This document shows positions 1-14,800 of a stretch of 64,000 bases of DNA, piece by piece. Made by a program: the position numbers and the translations under genes. Within the stretch, counting starts at the first letter, position 1, and every line of letters starts with the position of its first letter. The notes under the pieces were generated by a model. It saw only the letters and a program-made list of their open reading frames with translations. It made no database searches and was not told where the DNA came from. This stretch comes from Ophelia neglecta (lineage: Eukaryota), in NCBI GenBank assembly GCA_965285935.1, contig OZ260661.1, positions 130,820,001-130,884,000 on the forward strand, written 5' to 3'.

Positions 1-544
1 GACCTTTCAGAGATGGCGGCAACATACATTTCTGATTGACTGCAAAATACTGCAATATATGGACCTATCAACGCGTCGTTTACAAACCATTAATAACCCG
101 GTGCTGCTACTTGGGGCACAAGACTTCTTTCAGACGTCTGGCGGAGCGTTTTCGTAAATAATGCGGTTATTTCCTATCGTCTTGTGTATCGTGATAAGAC
201 GAGTCGATTGCACGATAGAATAGTGTGTACTGACGGTTACACTTGGCCTTGTACAGCAGAAGTTAATAGCAGCCTTGGTGAGATCGAATCGGAACATTAA
301 ATGATATTATCATGAACATGCAGACATTGTGTATTGTACGCCAGTTTCTAATCAGATTCATGTTATGAGGCGTCAAGTCATCAGTCCCCGCCAGCGAATG
401 TCAAAATCACTTGTGTACATCGAGAATGATTCATAGAAATATGACATAGCATCACACTTCGTTTTACTTCGATCTGAGGTATTTTGTTTGACAGTTAGGT
501 GCAAAATGGTTGATGCTGCCCACCCCCCTGCTTATGCAAGTTCC

Positions 545-660
545 CTGTTTAAACATCTTAAAATTGTGACATTGAAAGCGATTACAGCTTCGTCTTCGTA
601 GCAGTGGTCTGAATAGCCAGGTTCTGAATATAGAGGTGGTCTTTAAGGCAGGTTTCACTG
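545..660 (+). mobile_element. Truncated/diverged copy of the same MITE
   Basis: Right end TATAGAGGTGGTCTTTAAGGCAGGTTTCACTG|TA identical to the 54874 end; residual internal similarity (CTGTTTA.ACA, ACATTGAAAG); left TIR missing. Confidence 0.75.
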
Positions 661-3217
661 TATCTTCAATTTATCCTTCAAGAATGGACAAGAATATCTC
701 ATGTCTGTAGAACCTCGATTAAACTAAAATCTATCGCCACCAGTGTTCACACCCTGAGTTTAACTTTATTAGAAATTTATTAATTTCTCAGACGGCAGTT
801 TCTACTTTAAATAAAAAAACAACTTACTAAATCATTATGCTGGGGGTGGGATTGTGGCCCTTTTTTCTGACAGTAGGGTCTATCTAAATAATATCTGGAT
901 ATCATGTTCACCCACCTCGGGAAAACAAAAGATCTCATGGGACCTTAATAGCTATCAGATTTTTATCTGTTTTAAGTTTTTTACTCGGTTTTGTTTCGGA
1001 GTCTGAATGTCATTACATGCGACACTTCAATAAATTAACGATGGTGTTAAATGACACTTCTGGCGATTTCGGCGTTATAATAAAAATTCATTTCAACTGA
1101 TAAATATATTTGATATCCTGAACAATAGTAACATATGTCATGGTTCTCTCAGAGCAGGGTAAATAATGTAAGAAGAGAAAATAAAAGACACATCAGTTAA
1201 CCTTCAAACACGTGTGCTGTGAAGTTCAGGGGGCTATTAATTAATTTACATTTTGAGAAATATCAGAACGATTTTAGTTACTGTTAGAAATTGTACAACC
1301 ATGCGAATAAACAGATGTCTCCAAGCAAAAATTGTCTATTTTTAGTGGTTTGGTTTAAACGCGGCTTATAAATAAGGGAATCTTTGAGAAAAATCATCGG
1401 CAGAAGATTGGGTTTAATATTACCTTTTGAAATTACCAAGTTGTTGAATTAAATCTTTTTTTAATTGCGCGTCCATGTAGGGTCTATTTTTTGGTGGTGG
1501 CTACGCATTTAATCTGACCGTTAAAAGTTAGATGATATATTTATGACATTGCACCCTAAATATTATAACATGGCTGTTTGAATTGTAAACAGTAACTGTG
1601 AGTTCCAATACATGCATATTAATCATAACTTCTCAACTAACACTTTTCATCTGAGCGTCTCTCCTTCACTGTTCAAACACTGGTACTCAAATACAAATCT
1701 CAAAAAGCTTTCTAAATTGCTGCGGGTTAGAAAGTGATACATTTGAGGGAATGGTGTCCATATGTTAAGCTGCGGGCTCTGGAATAACATTTGGTACTGC
1801 TACCGATACTATACAAACACGCCGACACATGAGACAGACGTTCACAGTTTAAGAGGCAGTCGAACCCCACTAAGACTTATTTATTGTTGTCGTTCTGATG
1901 TTAATATAAAGATACACACCCAAGGTAATGTCTGAACTTGACATTGACTTGAGGCGGTGTCCACGAGTCACGAGGCACCCCTATTTATTTATATATATGC
2001 ACTATCGGACAAATAACAGTAAGCCTGTGTTAAGTATATGTGGCTACACTTGTACCTGACATGTCTTAAGGCTCTTTGGAGACACACCCCTGACAGTACA
2101 GTAGATGGTATCCATACCAATATCTCTTTATCTCATAGCAAGATGACATGCTAATATATAACATACAAATTAGTTAGCAATATTTAAGACCCATTTGAAG
2201 AGATCCCCTGATAGAACGCACAGAATATATACACTGATAAATAAGCTTATAATTACAAACGCATGTACTACATATTATACATGCAGCCCGCAGGTTAGAA
2301 ATAGCCGCAGAAAAAATTAAACCCCTCGCTCGATAAAAGTCACTGAAGCAATAGGCTTGTAGAAAAACTAAATTTGCTGTTTAGCCTTTAAAGTAGGTAT
2401 TGCCAAAACACTTATAACAATTCTAGATGAATCTGTCACACTCTCTATACTCACTTAGTCTTTAAATTTTGATGAAGACGTTTGTTCATCGTAAAGAGAT
2501 GATATTCTGACAAGGAGTTATCGTCCTGTTTTTTATGCCTGGTTCGCATTTCCCTTCCCCGGAGCTGGTAGGAAGCTAACCCCCTCATTATAAGGGTCCA
2601 TGGTCCAAAATATCATAATTGTGTAACCGCAAATATATACCCAGCCTTTATTTAATGCTGAGTCTGCAATAACTGACACTTAGCGCCTCGGGTTAACGAC
2701 TAAGATAATAATAATTATATTGGTAATGATGATGGAAGTAGTTTTTATGAAGATGTTACTTGTTTTGTTAGGTAAGACGACAAAATGATAGTCGGTGTCA
2801 CCTGGATGAGATTTTTTTTTTTTTGTAATATACTTTCTGGGACTAGCTGAACTTGAGTTCACCTAGTCCCTAATGACAGATCACCTTGACATGGCGGTGA
2901 TTTGTCCACACCTCTGACTTAGGGCGTAAGGATACACCGATGTATTGATTTGTCGTATTTTACATCGCTTGACCTGGAGATACGATAGGTATACATCGAA
3001 ATGCCTTGTAGTGACAGCTTCTCAGCCTATTCCAAGACCAAGTCGCCAGCTATGCCATGGAATACCTACTGCAACATCAACTGCAAAAAATTTCAGCCCA
3101 CCGTATGGCCACAATCAGCTTGACGCTCATTTCCCAGACATTTAGGAAGTTTAAACTGTGTCATATATAGGCCACTGAAATAATGGAGAGAGACATCACA
3201 TCGTCGTTTTTCTGCTA

Positions 3218-3395
3218 CAGTGAAACCTGCCTTAAAGACCACCTCTATAATCAGACCACCTGTCTATTCACACCCCTTATAGGATGACCGTGCTGTATAC
3301 TTTCAATGTTAAATAACCTGTCTAAACAGACCACCTTCGAAATCAGACCAGCATTTTCCAGTCCCTTTGGTGGTCTTAATTCACAGCTTTCCCTG
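3218..3395 (-). mobile_element. 178-bp MITE, Tc1/mariner/pogo-type (TA target site), full copy
   Basis: Ends CAGTGAAACCTG / CAGCTTTCCCTG, TA on both sides, internal AGACCACC repeats; reverse complement of the copy at 54697. Confidence 0.85.
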
Positions 3396-6300
3396 TAGAT
3401 ATCTCCTAATTACAACTTCCAGGGCATTGAGACCCACAAAATGGTTGATAAAGCATCCAAGAATACAAGTTAATTTAGAATATACCATAAATGTGAAACA
3501 ATGGTTCCAAGAATTGAGGGTTGTCAATACAATTTTCCTGTCAAACGTAATTTTGTTTGCCATTTCTGATTATACATATATAAACGATTATATTCTGTCT
3601 ATATGCATCTTGTTAAAGAGAACTGTCGAAACTAATGGAAAAAGTAGTCTACAAGTGTTAGAATTTGCCTTTCTTCCATATGAATATAAAGCTTCACCAC
3701 TAGTTGAAGCATCCGCCATAATATTTGGCACTCAATGCCCAAGTTCTTTGGCAAAAAAGTTCACAGTAGACCTGTGTCCCTCGTAGTCCTCATCGAATGA
3801 ACAGCTGTTGCAACCACTGTGGGCACAAATTACAGGGTAGGGACTGGCACCAGGACAATTGTCGTCTGAATTTCCCGGAAAGAGGCAGTGAATGTCCAAA
3901 CGCGGAAAGGCTGCCCCCTTCACTCCCACTGCGAAGGGATATAATTAGTGCGAGAATTGTAAGGAAATATGTGCGTTTATTATACTTCCGGGATGCGGGT
4001 TTGATGATAATTTGATAGCCTGACCCGAGATGGTTTTGTCAATAGTCAGTTAAAGGCCTTACATAAACATATAGACTGTCACTGGTAACAAGTGTATGTG
4101 GATTGCTCTCAACCCCTCTTCAATTCCCTCAAAACCGCTTGAAGTACCAAGGCTAGAGGTGTGGTTGACGGCACATGACTCAATGTGCTGATCGCGTGGA
4201 CTGAATAAATTAAGACTATGCTGGTCCTAGCAGGGGAGCAGGTAACATATTGGCCTCCCTATGGTTATGTGACACTACACCAGCATGTTATCTGTAACAC
4301 CTGTACCCAACTCAGCTGGCGCCACTGTAGGACTCACGCAATAGAACTAGGTAGCCGAACCAGTTCATTGAAATCATTAAACGGTACTGGTTTCATATTG
4401 TTCGGTGAATTAAATTGAATAGTCTCGGATGCTATTGTAATTATGATTGGCTGTTGTGTTTTATTTAATAAGAAGTGACCACATTTTAATAGAAGGGCGT
4501 CGCATTTGTAAAGAGCTAAGGCCTGTGACAGCTGTGTTTATCTCTTCTATACAGGCATATTTAGAAATAAATTATGATAGTATGAGGTTTGGCCTGTCGA
4601 AAGCATGAGCTACCCGTTGGATAATTGCACAGTTTCTTCGATAGGTTTCACCGTTACCATTTGTTTGCATATTTTTTATCATATTCGATACCCTTGTTAT
4701 GCGTGGTGCCACAGATATGACTCAACGCCCCACAGCGGGGAAGGGTGGGGGGCTTTAGGGGGGGGGGGAGGGGGTTCTCATAAAAAGAAAAGTATTAGAT
4801 GAGCCACTCTAATAGTTTGCTTGAATTAAACCTTAAATGAAGGTTCTTGATAATCACCTGACTAGACAACCTTCTTAACTAATGTAATATATAAAATTGG
4901 AAAAGAATGGCCACATTAATAAAAATCGCCATTATATATATTGTTATATATATTGGTAAAACTTTTAAAGAGCGGCCAAGTCCCCCCCCCCCCCCGCACC
5001 CTCCCCTCAATCCCCAACACACTCCTCAATACTGAGAAGTAACGCCGCCTTCAATTCGTCATCTCTCCTCTTTTTTCTTAACACCGAACACTTAGGAGTG
5101 TTGTCTCCATTTCAAAAAACTACTAGCACAATAACCACAGATAGATAATAGTATTTCAGCGATGGACGACCAGTGGAGAAGAAATTCCACAATGTTTCCA
5201 CAGAGTTCTTAAGTTTGTTTTGTCTGCAAATGATCCTCGATTTTCATTTTACATATCGAAATTCAGTATTAGTGTAAGTGTGAATTTAATGATGATACTG
5301 ATCCGATTTTTACATTTTTTTCATGGGATCCAGATGTCTTAGAAAAGCATCCTATATTTCCTGTTTATCTAAATTCAATAAATATCGTTTGCTTTTTATA
5401 TTACTTTTTTCGATGCATGAATCATTGCGGAAGGTGGAGACTTGGGACTGGGAGGGAAAGTTATTAAATCCATCGCCAAGGTTTAAGTATCAGTGTTTCC
5501 TCGCTTGTGGTTCGAAGTCCATGTTCACCGGCGATAATATCGGTCTCGGTGACTAAGTCGTCTGACGTTAAGTTCTGACGACTAGAGATAAGCTATGATA
5601 CATGGTGTCAAATCTGTTTCTTTCACCTCATGGACCTCACAACTGCTACTGTGCCTCTTTTCTTCATTGTGCTTTCACTTGTCAACAAGTTTGGCGTATC
5701 GCTTCATCAGGATTGTTCGAGACAGTATGGGTTTGGCGCGCTTTTCTCAACAAGGAAGCCGGCAGTCATTACGAATAAACATAAATACGGCTACTTAGGT
5801 CGTTGTTTTGTCGTCGGCTTTACCAAATTGGTAGCTTATGATGCACCATGCCGGGATACTCTAGATTACTCGTTTTTGGTGTCCGGACGAGTATTCAAGG
5901 TCGTGTCAAAGTTGACAGCCGGGCTTGTCTCCTGTCAGAGACGCCCGGTGTTTGGGAGCTTTGACAGGTACGCGGTTTAAGTATACTTCACTCAGCTCCT
6001 TCACCTGTCCGTTAATGTGAGAAAGGACTCATGATTATTCTAATTAGCGATGCGCATAATCACGAAATGAGGTTGACAATACTGAGATCACTCCACTCAA
6101 GAAACATAAAAGGCAGAGACGATTAATGTGACAATAATGTTAACATCTATAGTTTTTATTGATGCTGATAAACTACAAGCTCCAAGACACTGTTTATGTT
6201 GACCTCGAGATAAGATGTCCCATCTCCAAGTAAATATTCCTCTCCCGTTCTTGCTTCTTGATTTTCCAACCGCCAATCACGGGCGTCTTTGAACTTCTTT

Positions 6301-6984
6301 GTGACCAGTCTAAGTCGTCTGAAGGTTATTTGATGTCGTCTGCTCTGGGTTCATTATCCTGTTGACCCAAGAGACAATCTTTTCAGCTCTCATATTGTAA
6401 TTCTCAGATTTGTATGGAAGGGGTGTTCCAATAAGACTGTTTCTGGGCTGATTGGGACAAGTTTAAAGATAGATGTATGGCTATCCTGACTCGAATCAGC
6501 CTTATTGGAAAGCGATTACAGTAACGAGAGATGAAGGTCAAACGTGCGAAGTTAATAAGATACGCATATAAAGCGCCGGAAATAGTAAACAAATGCCTGT
6601 GTCCGAAGAAAACTGAAGCCATAAGGTCATTTTTGACCTTTGGCTAGGAAACTGCTCTTAGAAACGCCGGGTCACAGCAAAAAGCAGGCGTCAGAATTGA
6701 TCAGATTAAAATTGGCGAATGAATTGAATTGGCGAACATGATTTATATTATACTAGAATTGATTCACCTTCTACAAAAGCAACAATTTAGGGAACCTAAA
6801 TTAGAATATAATGAGGAATATGAAGTCACAGAAAGTTATGAACATTCAAAATGACCATGCTGCATGCTATAAGAGGTAGTTAAAATAGCATATGTATTAT
6901 AAATTTAAAATTGTACTTGAAAGTGCACCTGAAAAACGCATTTGACAAAGAAAGAATCCTCTTTTCTTATCTATCTTTTTCTAT

Positions 6985-8200
6985 AGTATATTTATTTATG
7001 TACTTGTTAACCCTGGTTAGCCCTAGCAGGGCACTGTTTTTAAAGAGGCCCATTTTAAAAATTTGCATTTTACATTAGAAAATCATGTGTTCATATGTAC
7101 GCATACGGTACTTAGTTCGAAAATACACCTACACACAATGAAATACACCAAACTGGAGATCATAGATCATACATTCTCATTGCTGACATGATTACCTACG
7201 ATGCGTCCATAAAAATAGTTGATCACCATAATACAATACAATCACAATAGTTGATAAATTGTTTATTGTTGATGTCCCATATACATTTTTTACATCTTCA
7301 CTACAATAAAAGCTGTTCGAGCCAGAATTTCTGCCATTGCAAGAAAACCTTAATACTACTCCTAGAAAATTATTTCACATTCTAACTTCAATTCAGACGT
7401 TCTGAATCTGAACTCCTTTCCAAGACTCAATATCATGTCTCCACTGATGAGGTCTGCTTTAAATTTGCCAGTGTTCGCTTGGCTCGGCATCTTTAGTACA
7501 CTGGAGGCTTTGGTTCCTCTGTTTAGCAGTGTATTATTATAAGATAGAGAAGACAGTGAATGGGGAGAGAAGCAAGATTCTCTACCCGAGTTGACCGTAG
7601 ATATACTATCAAAATAGAGTTATTTAGTAACTGCAATACACGCCTTTCCATGTCGTCCAACCCTTGAAGCAGAATATAAATATGAATATTTTGAAACAAT
7701 GCCATAATGCAATTTTGAACCCAAGTAGGCTACTGCCTGGTTGTTCAGCGCAAAAGTCGAAAAGTTCCGTCAATGATGGTCGTTTTTCCTTAAACCTGCC
7801 AACATCTATCTGGTAGAAATATATTGTTATCATCAGTGCATTTGTATCCGAAAATAGTATAATAACAAGCCACATGCAGCCCTGTACCGCTATATCTGCA
7901 GAACGAAAACCTTATTTTTTCAACAAATCTTTCGTTGAAATCGTTAAACAGAAGTGGCACTAAAAACATCTTCACTGGCTAGGATCACGTGTCACAGGGT
8001 ACGCGGTAGAATTCGATAATAGTGCCTTGTCTTTTTTATACAGCCCCCTGACCAGTAATGTTTTAAATAACTTTCTTTCATTCCGGTAAAAAACAGTGTT
8101 CAATGCAATATTAATAGAGCTCAAGTCGATATACTGGTGTTTAAACAAAATACTAACCATATGCCGCGTGCTTGTATACGCTTTTTCTTTTGTTTTTATT
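6985..8200 (-). mobile_element. Highly degenerate non-LTR retrotransposon (CR1/L2-clade-like) RT fragment and 3' end
   Basis: Broken minus-strand ORFs give YIDLSS...LNTV, PVTRDPSQ/FLVPLLFNDFN and CTDDNNIFL in the order of RT motifs (DLSKAFDTV, GVPQGSILGPLLF..IND, ADDT.IF). AATAAATA-type tail near 6990. Confidence 0.5.
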
Positions 8201-9319
8201 TGGCAAAAATAGTTTTATAAAAGTGTTAATAAACTGGAACCGTTTTAAATACTAAACGGTTAATTCCAACTAAAATCACATCAAGATAACAAGCTACTTG
8301 ATAGCATTCACAAGTAGTTATTAAACAATAGTACATTCGTATTCATTCGTTGCATAGAAATGCTAAACGCTGCGATAAAATCGGGAACATTCTACCTGGT
8401 ATCTATAGTATTACATAATAAATGATGGACCATTGTCCTCCCCTTTTATCGCCCTTCTTATCGGCACATAGATCTAGTAGTTTATCATAATGACAAATGG
8501 GAAAACACAGAAATAAATTGTCTTACAATACTTTTATGAATGTTGGCTTTAAACTCTCTTATTTTTTAGCCATAAAAGATTGCCCTATGATCGTGTTTGT
8601 GAATAGGCTATTCTTTCCACCATGGATATGGTTTTTTTTATTATATCGCATTCAGCTGGCGGTAAAAATGGAATTCAATGTGGTTCATTCAGTATATGCG
8701 GCGTGTATACAATTATCCCACCGCATTACGTCATGTTCTATGCATAAGAAACGAGCGATAAAGAACTTCAATCGAGAACGAGTCAATAGATTTTGACTGC
8801 ATGCTATAACTTTTAAATTTTCAAGTTTCCCCGGAAGCGCAGTGCCGTGATAAAGACACAAAGATGTTTATATACTACTGAGTACTTTGTCTTTCCAGGG
8901 TTACTCAACATACAAGTACACTTTTTAGATATAAATTTGACAATTTATACTAAAATAACAACTTAATAGACCAATGTCCAGCCGCCAATAATATTGCGCT
9001 GGGCTTAAAGTATGTTCATATTTTGCTGAACTTGAGATATTTGTTAAAGCAGACCCGCAAACATATTTTGGTTGAGTTCATTTGAAATAGACTTGCTGTA
9101 TTGTATGTACATTTAGCATGTACCGGAAAGACTAACCGACAAGCTCTAAATCAATTATTGTTTAAACGAACTTGATAAAGTCATAATTTAACATTTTTCA
9201 TCGGCTGTACATTATGTGCCTACTTCATGATCATAATAAGATCAGTTAATTTTATATAATAATCTAACCGTATTTCACTTGTTACCATATTCACTACTGA
9301 ATAACAAAGGAAGTATTAT

Positions 9320-11151
9320 TGACGAGACAAATTATTCATTTATTTATGCAAAGAACACATAATATAATATACATTAACTTTGTACATGTCAACAGAGTAG
9401 CGATTGAAATCTGTAAGTTTGATATCCTAACCTAGGTATATAATAAGGTCTAATAGAAGTTGAATTCAAGTTTAATTTACCAGTCTCAGTATTTAGGTAT
9501 CTATATAATATCGCTCTTGGGTCAGCTTGCAACAACTAATTGAATATAAATTAAGAATTCAATATCTCCAATAAAACAGATGGGTGTTAATGCTGGTTAT
9601 AAAACCGAGTAAGAAGGACAAATTACAAAGCCATCAACCGCTGAAACACAAACGTAATTTCAGCAATGAAAATAATTTAACATATATTTCCGCTCATCAA
9701 TATTTAAAGAGCACTTATGGGACAATAAGTGTGAAGGTACCGATACATTTTCATTGTCACTATTATATTCATGTGTATCAGGGTGTCAGCTTTGTGTTGT
9801 ACCACTGGACAGTGTTTCGAAATGACAACAAAACATAATGAATGACCAGTTAATAGCCAGATGACCAAACATAGACAACTGGGCGTGTTACATTTGTTTA
9901 TGTCCTTCCACTAAACAGTTTAAACTTCAATGGGCGAAATTAAGGCCCCTTAATTGCAGTTAGAAATTAGTTGCACAAACAGCAGGTAAGTTAATGTTTC
10001 ACATTTGATGCATTCCATATTCCGAATGAAAACGATAAGAAAAAAATAACCCTTTCTGCCATGCATTCAAGTTGATTTGTGAAATGCATAACCCGGAAAT
10101 AATAATTCTTTTGACATCTAATGCTGAATGATGAAATTACAAATGGGCTTTTGTGGTATGGATTTCTGAGCTAGAAGTTGAGAGGAAGTTATGTTTGGGC
10201 AGCTCTCCTAACATATGGGAAGCGTACACTATACACAATGCCTTGTAATGCAACCTATGTCGTTATGGCAACGTAAAATGCCGGCTTATACACTCACACC
10301 ATAAATTACGTATATTCGGAAAGACACCGAAACTGGTTTGCATTGCTATATATTACATATTTTGTACAAATCCAAAGAGATCATGCTGCTAGTAGTTATG
10401 ATCATTAATATTACAATAATATTTTCACCCTAGTAATTGTATTGGTGACACCATGGCAACTATATACATGGCGGAGACACGTGGCACCAAAGTAAGGCCA
10501 GTTCCGGTAGTAGTACTAATAAATGTCTGTGGGTGCGTAGTAGTGTCTTCCATTTATGGTATTGCTCCCCCTGGTGTCTATAACTGGCGTTAATTCACAA
10601 CACTATCCAGACAAAAACCTACAATAAGCTGCATCCTTAGATTCCACACAGTCTTAATATCTGGTTATATAAAGATTTACTAAGTACGCGCCTGTGAAAG
10701 TAAAAGTCTTTTCTGGCCACTTCCGCTAAGAAAATTGTTCCAATACCAATTCACGCTCCTTTTATATCAAAGGTCCTATGTCGGTTTTCAAGGAATAGGC
10801 CCACGTGACTACATATGAGCTAATCCTCCTTTTTTGGCGGGCGACCGGGGTAAATTTAGGACCCATAGAACAAATCCGGAGAAGGCGTCCCTTTTAAAGA
10901 CAGTCACTGCGGCTAAACTGTTACTCCAACAGACGGTCTATAACAAGTATTTCTAAGATCACTGCGTCCTTGAGTTAAATTGAGACGTCCGGGCGAAATG
11001 CCTGCTGGGTAATACTGGGGAATGCGAACGCCAGATGGCGCTGGCTGACAGCTAGGGTGCCCCAAGTTCACTACGCACGTCTAGTGTTCTGGTTGTCGGA
11101 TCCTCAGACAAATGGCTAATGGCAAAATCGGTCACTAGAGGTCACTGGTTC
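9320..11151 (-). other. GATA123: Probable ~1.8 kb 3' UTR with poly(A) signal AATAAA at 9344-9339
   Basis: First AATAAA I found downstream of the stop, with UGUA elements just upstream (~9370-9386) and U/GU-rich sequence downstream. The end point is inferred. Confidence 0.5.
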
Positions 11152-11565
11152 CTATGCCATGGCGCCGACCATGCTGTGGTGATGCGGTGAATTGGTTGAG
11201 AGGTTGAGCCCTGAGGAAGTATAGAGGCTGGATCCGCCCATGCCCAGGGACCCGCCCAGGCTGCTGCTGGGATAGACACCCCCGAGGCCTCCCCCGAGCC
11301 CGCCGTTACCGCCCCCGTGGTTGGCATGCCCCGTGCTGTGGTGCATGAACCCGGTGCCAAAGCCTCCTGCGCCCGTCATATACGTCGGCATTGGTGTATG
11401 CATGGGGTGCTGGAGGTTGGGGGGACTGAAGGTTCCGAACGGCCGGTCCAGGGTAGGCTTCAGCAGGTCCATGGACCCATTCTTTCCCTTCTTCTTGCTC
11501 TTGGTGGACATCTTTCTGTTTCGGGTCTGAATACCGTCCTTTTTCATTGTCATGGGTCGGTTAAC
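11152..11565 (-). CDS. GATA123: GATA1/2/3 last coding exon (VNRPMTMKKDGIQTRNRKMSTKSKKK...HHHSMVGAMA*)
   Basis: Acceptor TTCCAG|; basic IQTRNRK tail; C-terminal SMVGAMA resembles GATA2/3 SMVTAMG; stop TAG at 11154-11152. Confidence 0.97.
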   Translation of the reverse strand, partial: VNRPMTMKKDGIQTRNRKMSTKSKKKGKNGSMDLLKPTLDRPFGTFSPPNLQHPMHTPMPTYMTGAGGFGTGFMHHSTGHANHGGGNGGLGGGLGGVYPSSSLGGSLGMGGSSLYTSSGLNLSTNSPHHHSMVGAMA

Positions 11566-11752
11566 CTGGAACATTAAAATATAAACATTAAATCAATGCA
11601 TCAAATACTAAACCATTAGTGCATAGATATACTCCAAAACATTTCATAAATATAATCCAAAAAAAGTAAACAATAGTATTCCTTTGACTTAATGTAAGTT
11701 GTCAACGGTACTTAAGTTGTTTAAAATTATCAATGTTAAATATTTTAGGCCA

Positions 11753-11895
11753 NNNNNNNNNNNNNNNNNNNNNNNNNNNNNNNNNNNNNNNNNNNNNNNN
11801 NNNNNNNNNNNNNNNNNNNNNNNNNNNNNNNNNNNNNNNNNNNNNNNNNNNNNNNNNNNNNNNNNNNNNNNNNNNNNNNNNNNNNNNNNNNNNNN
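11753..11895. other. Assembly gap (N run) in the last GATA intron
   Basis: Run of N. Confidence 1.
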
Positions 11896-14800
11896 ACTAC
11901 TCCATGGTATACTGCTTTCAAATAGAGCGGTGCTCGCGATAATGCCAAAAAAAAACAAGAGATTGCTCGTGTTATGGTACAGCACGAGTCAGGCAAATCC
12001 ATGATCTGTCAAAGGGCGAAAATACACTAATGACTTGATATATCTACAGCGGGGTTGACTGAACCCAATGAAGTCATAAATATGCCCAGGAATCAGGATA
12101 GCATGGTCAGTTGCCACCCCTATAGACGCAATTCCGATAATAATATTGCACTATTTTAGCCATTTCTCCTCTTTGCTCCACGACAAAATTCTCACGACTG
12201 ACGGAGGTGGGACTCATCAAAACAAACCTAAGCTGTCAAATAAAAAAAGCATGGTCAACCGTATCCATGGCTGAGAATATATTTTCTGTTGCCGCCTGCC
12301 AGCTGGGTTAAGTTTATGTTATCATAGCCTCACATCCCTTTCCCCGGGCTCGGAATCCCCAAACACCCAACAATAACAAACAGAACGGCTAAGGTAACTC
12401 CTATGACCTTTATTCCGAAATGTATCGGCTAGCAAAATGATTTTCCAATTCACTGAGTACACAACAACACAGCCAGATAAATATCAACGATAAAACTCAG
12501 ACTCTGGTCCGGATCATCCATTAGTCTCCCCAGGAATGAACAAACCCCAGGGAAACAACTAGTAAAACATAATGGCAAACAGAAAACAGGATTTACTTCT
12601 TGGCAATAGGTGATCTAGGAAAACATGCCATAAAAAACAGTAAATCTGCTGCCAATCCCGACTATTGTTTAGAATTAACAAGATAAGTTTTCTGGTAAAT
12701 TCTACCTTGTTGATTATAGACATAGCAGACATGTCGCTATATATGAGCGTTTGATTTTCAGTGATAAACACTGAATGTCTTTTAAATTAAAATGATGTCT
12801 TTACATATATGGTGGGTGTCGTCTGACAAAGAGTCGTCTGCCACCCAGGTCGTGTCAGGAGAGGTGGCCGCTTGGCGCCAGTCTCTTCGCCTCACCACCT
12901 CCACGTATGTTAGGCCATGAACATGATAACACTTCTTACATACCCCAAAGCATATGTTTATTTGATCACAATATTAACATTATTTTCTCTATAAACCATA
13001 TGAAAATGAGGATCAAGGGCGAAAACAGGTGTGCCCAGCCGTTCATATGTTTATTAAAGAGCTGTTTCTTAATCTTCATTTCTTGTTTTGGTCTGGTGTT
13101 GATCCAAAATGATGGTGCATGGGCTAGTATAAAAGCAGTTATCTTTGGTGTAAATACCATGTGTCTTTTGTACGTTGGGTCTAAGGGTTATATGGTACAT
13201 CATATACCTAAGATAAAGATAAGATCGGGGGCGGGAAGGTATCGAGAACAAGCCAACCAGAATGAGAGAACAAGATCAGGACAAGTACCTGACAAAACGA
13301 TAACTTTTATATGTATTTCGCTCCAATTGGTTCGAAGTCGTTTATAATCGACCCTTTAATTATGCAGGTTCATTGCATTTTATATCAAATTTACCACATT
13401 TATGAATGCAAATTTGGATTCACAGACTTTAGCAGTGAAAAGCCAAGTAGTGAATATGGTGCCTACTAGTCAAACCTTGCAGTTCTTCAATTACAACGAA
13501 AACAATAACTTTGAGCCACATTAGGGTCAAGACCAGGTGATCGCCCATAATGATAGCAAGTTTGTGATCAAATATTGGTGATTTCTCTTCATTTCAGACG
13601 ATTGCTGACGCATTAAGATGTAGATGGGTCCTCTGACTTTTCTTTGAAGCTGACTTTACCAATTCCACACCCTATCACTGCCGTGTAACTCGCCCAGCCA
13701 GACCGGGCAACAAGCACGTTCTCTCTCACCACGACGGCGCCAACTGGGTGTCGGAAAATATGCACCTCATCCAAAAACGGCTCCCGTTTCCCACCCGCCA
13801 AGCCACCAATATTACCAGGGTATCCGGTGGCCTATCAAGCAGAATAGCAGGCGCAAAGATGGCTAAAATATCGTGAAAATAGGTGGGAAAATTAACGAAA
13901 TACCAGGTTTAAACACCCCTCTAAGAGCAGACAGAGAATCACTTAGATTTGGAGACATCTGAGGTGGCCACAAAGGAGTTGGTTTACCTCTAATGTGTCT
14001 CGCAGTAATCAAGGCAGTGGTAATTTTATCCAATTCCACAAGTGGTAATGGGGTAAATAATACAACCCGCTGGGCACCCACCGCGTTCTACAAAGGATTG
14101 CGTACCCTAAAGTCAATACTCCATACTTCTATTTGTCAATCGCCATGTAACCAACAGACTCGCCTGCAAGCTAACAGAAAGAACCCCTTTTAATGTCAAA
14201 TTATCCCAATAATAGCCAAGCAGAAGTTGATGGGACTATTAACAGAGCGAGGTTTCTTTGCTGAGCACTTATCTCCGCGTTCCTCAAGCTCAGATCTCTC
14301 TCTAATATTACATATTGTGCCATGCCAGTCGCCTAGCGTCACATTTGATTAGGACATGTCAAGATCATTTAATGTGAAGTATACATTTAGCTAACATATA
14401 TAATTAAATGGAAGGATATTTAATTTCAGTGAATTGCTATGCAGTTCTGCTTCTGGTGAAACCAAATATATTCCATTGGAATGTTATGGAACACTTTGTT
14501 ATGGGGGGTCTTCGCATCACAGACAAGAACTCACCGGGGTAGTAATCAGAAAAATACACATATAGTGTTGCCCTCTTGTACAGTAACTTATAGACACCAA
14601 ATTGATTTCTTAAATTACAGAATGTTTTTTTATCATCACAAGCGCCATATCCTTGTATAAGACTGGGAGTGCTTGTCGCCCCATTTTTTATCAGGAAAGA
14701 ACATCTGGATCCATGTTGAACTTTGACAAAGAAAAGGCTAAAATTATATATATATATATATATTTGTGTTGTTTTACAGCAGAGAATGAGATAAATAAAG

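Noticed and set aside
11689-12004. ORFs spanning N runs (also 45418-45805)
   Set aside because: Artefacts of assembly gaps.
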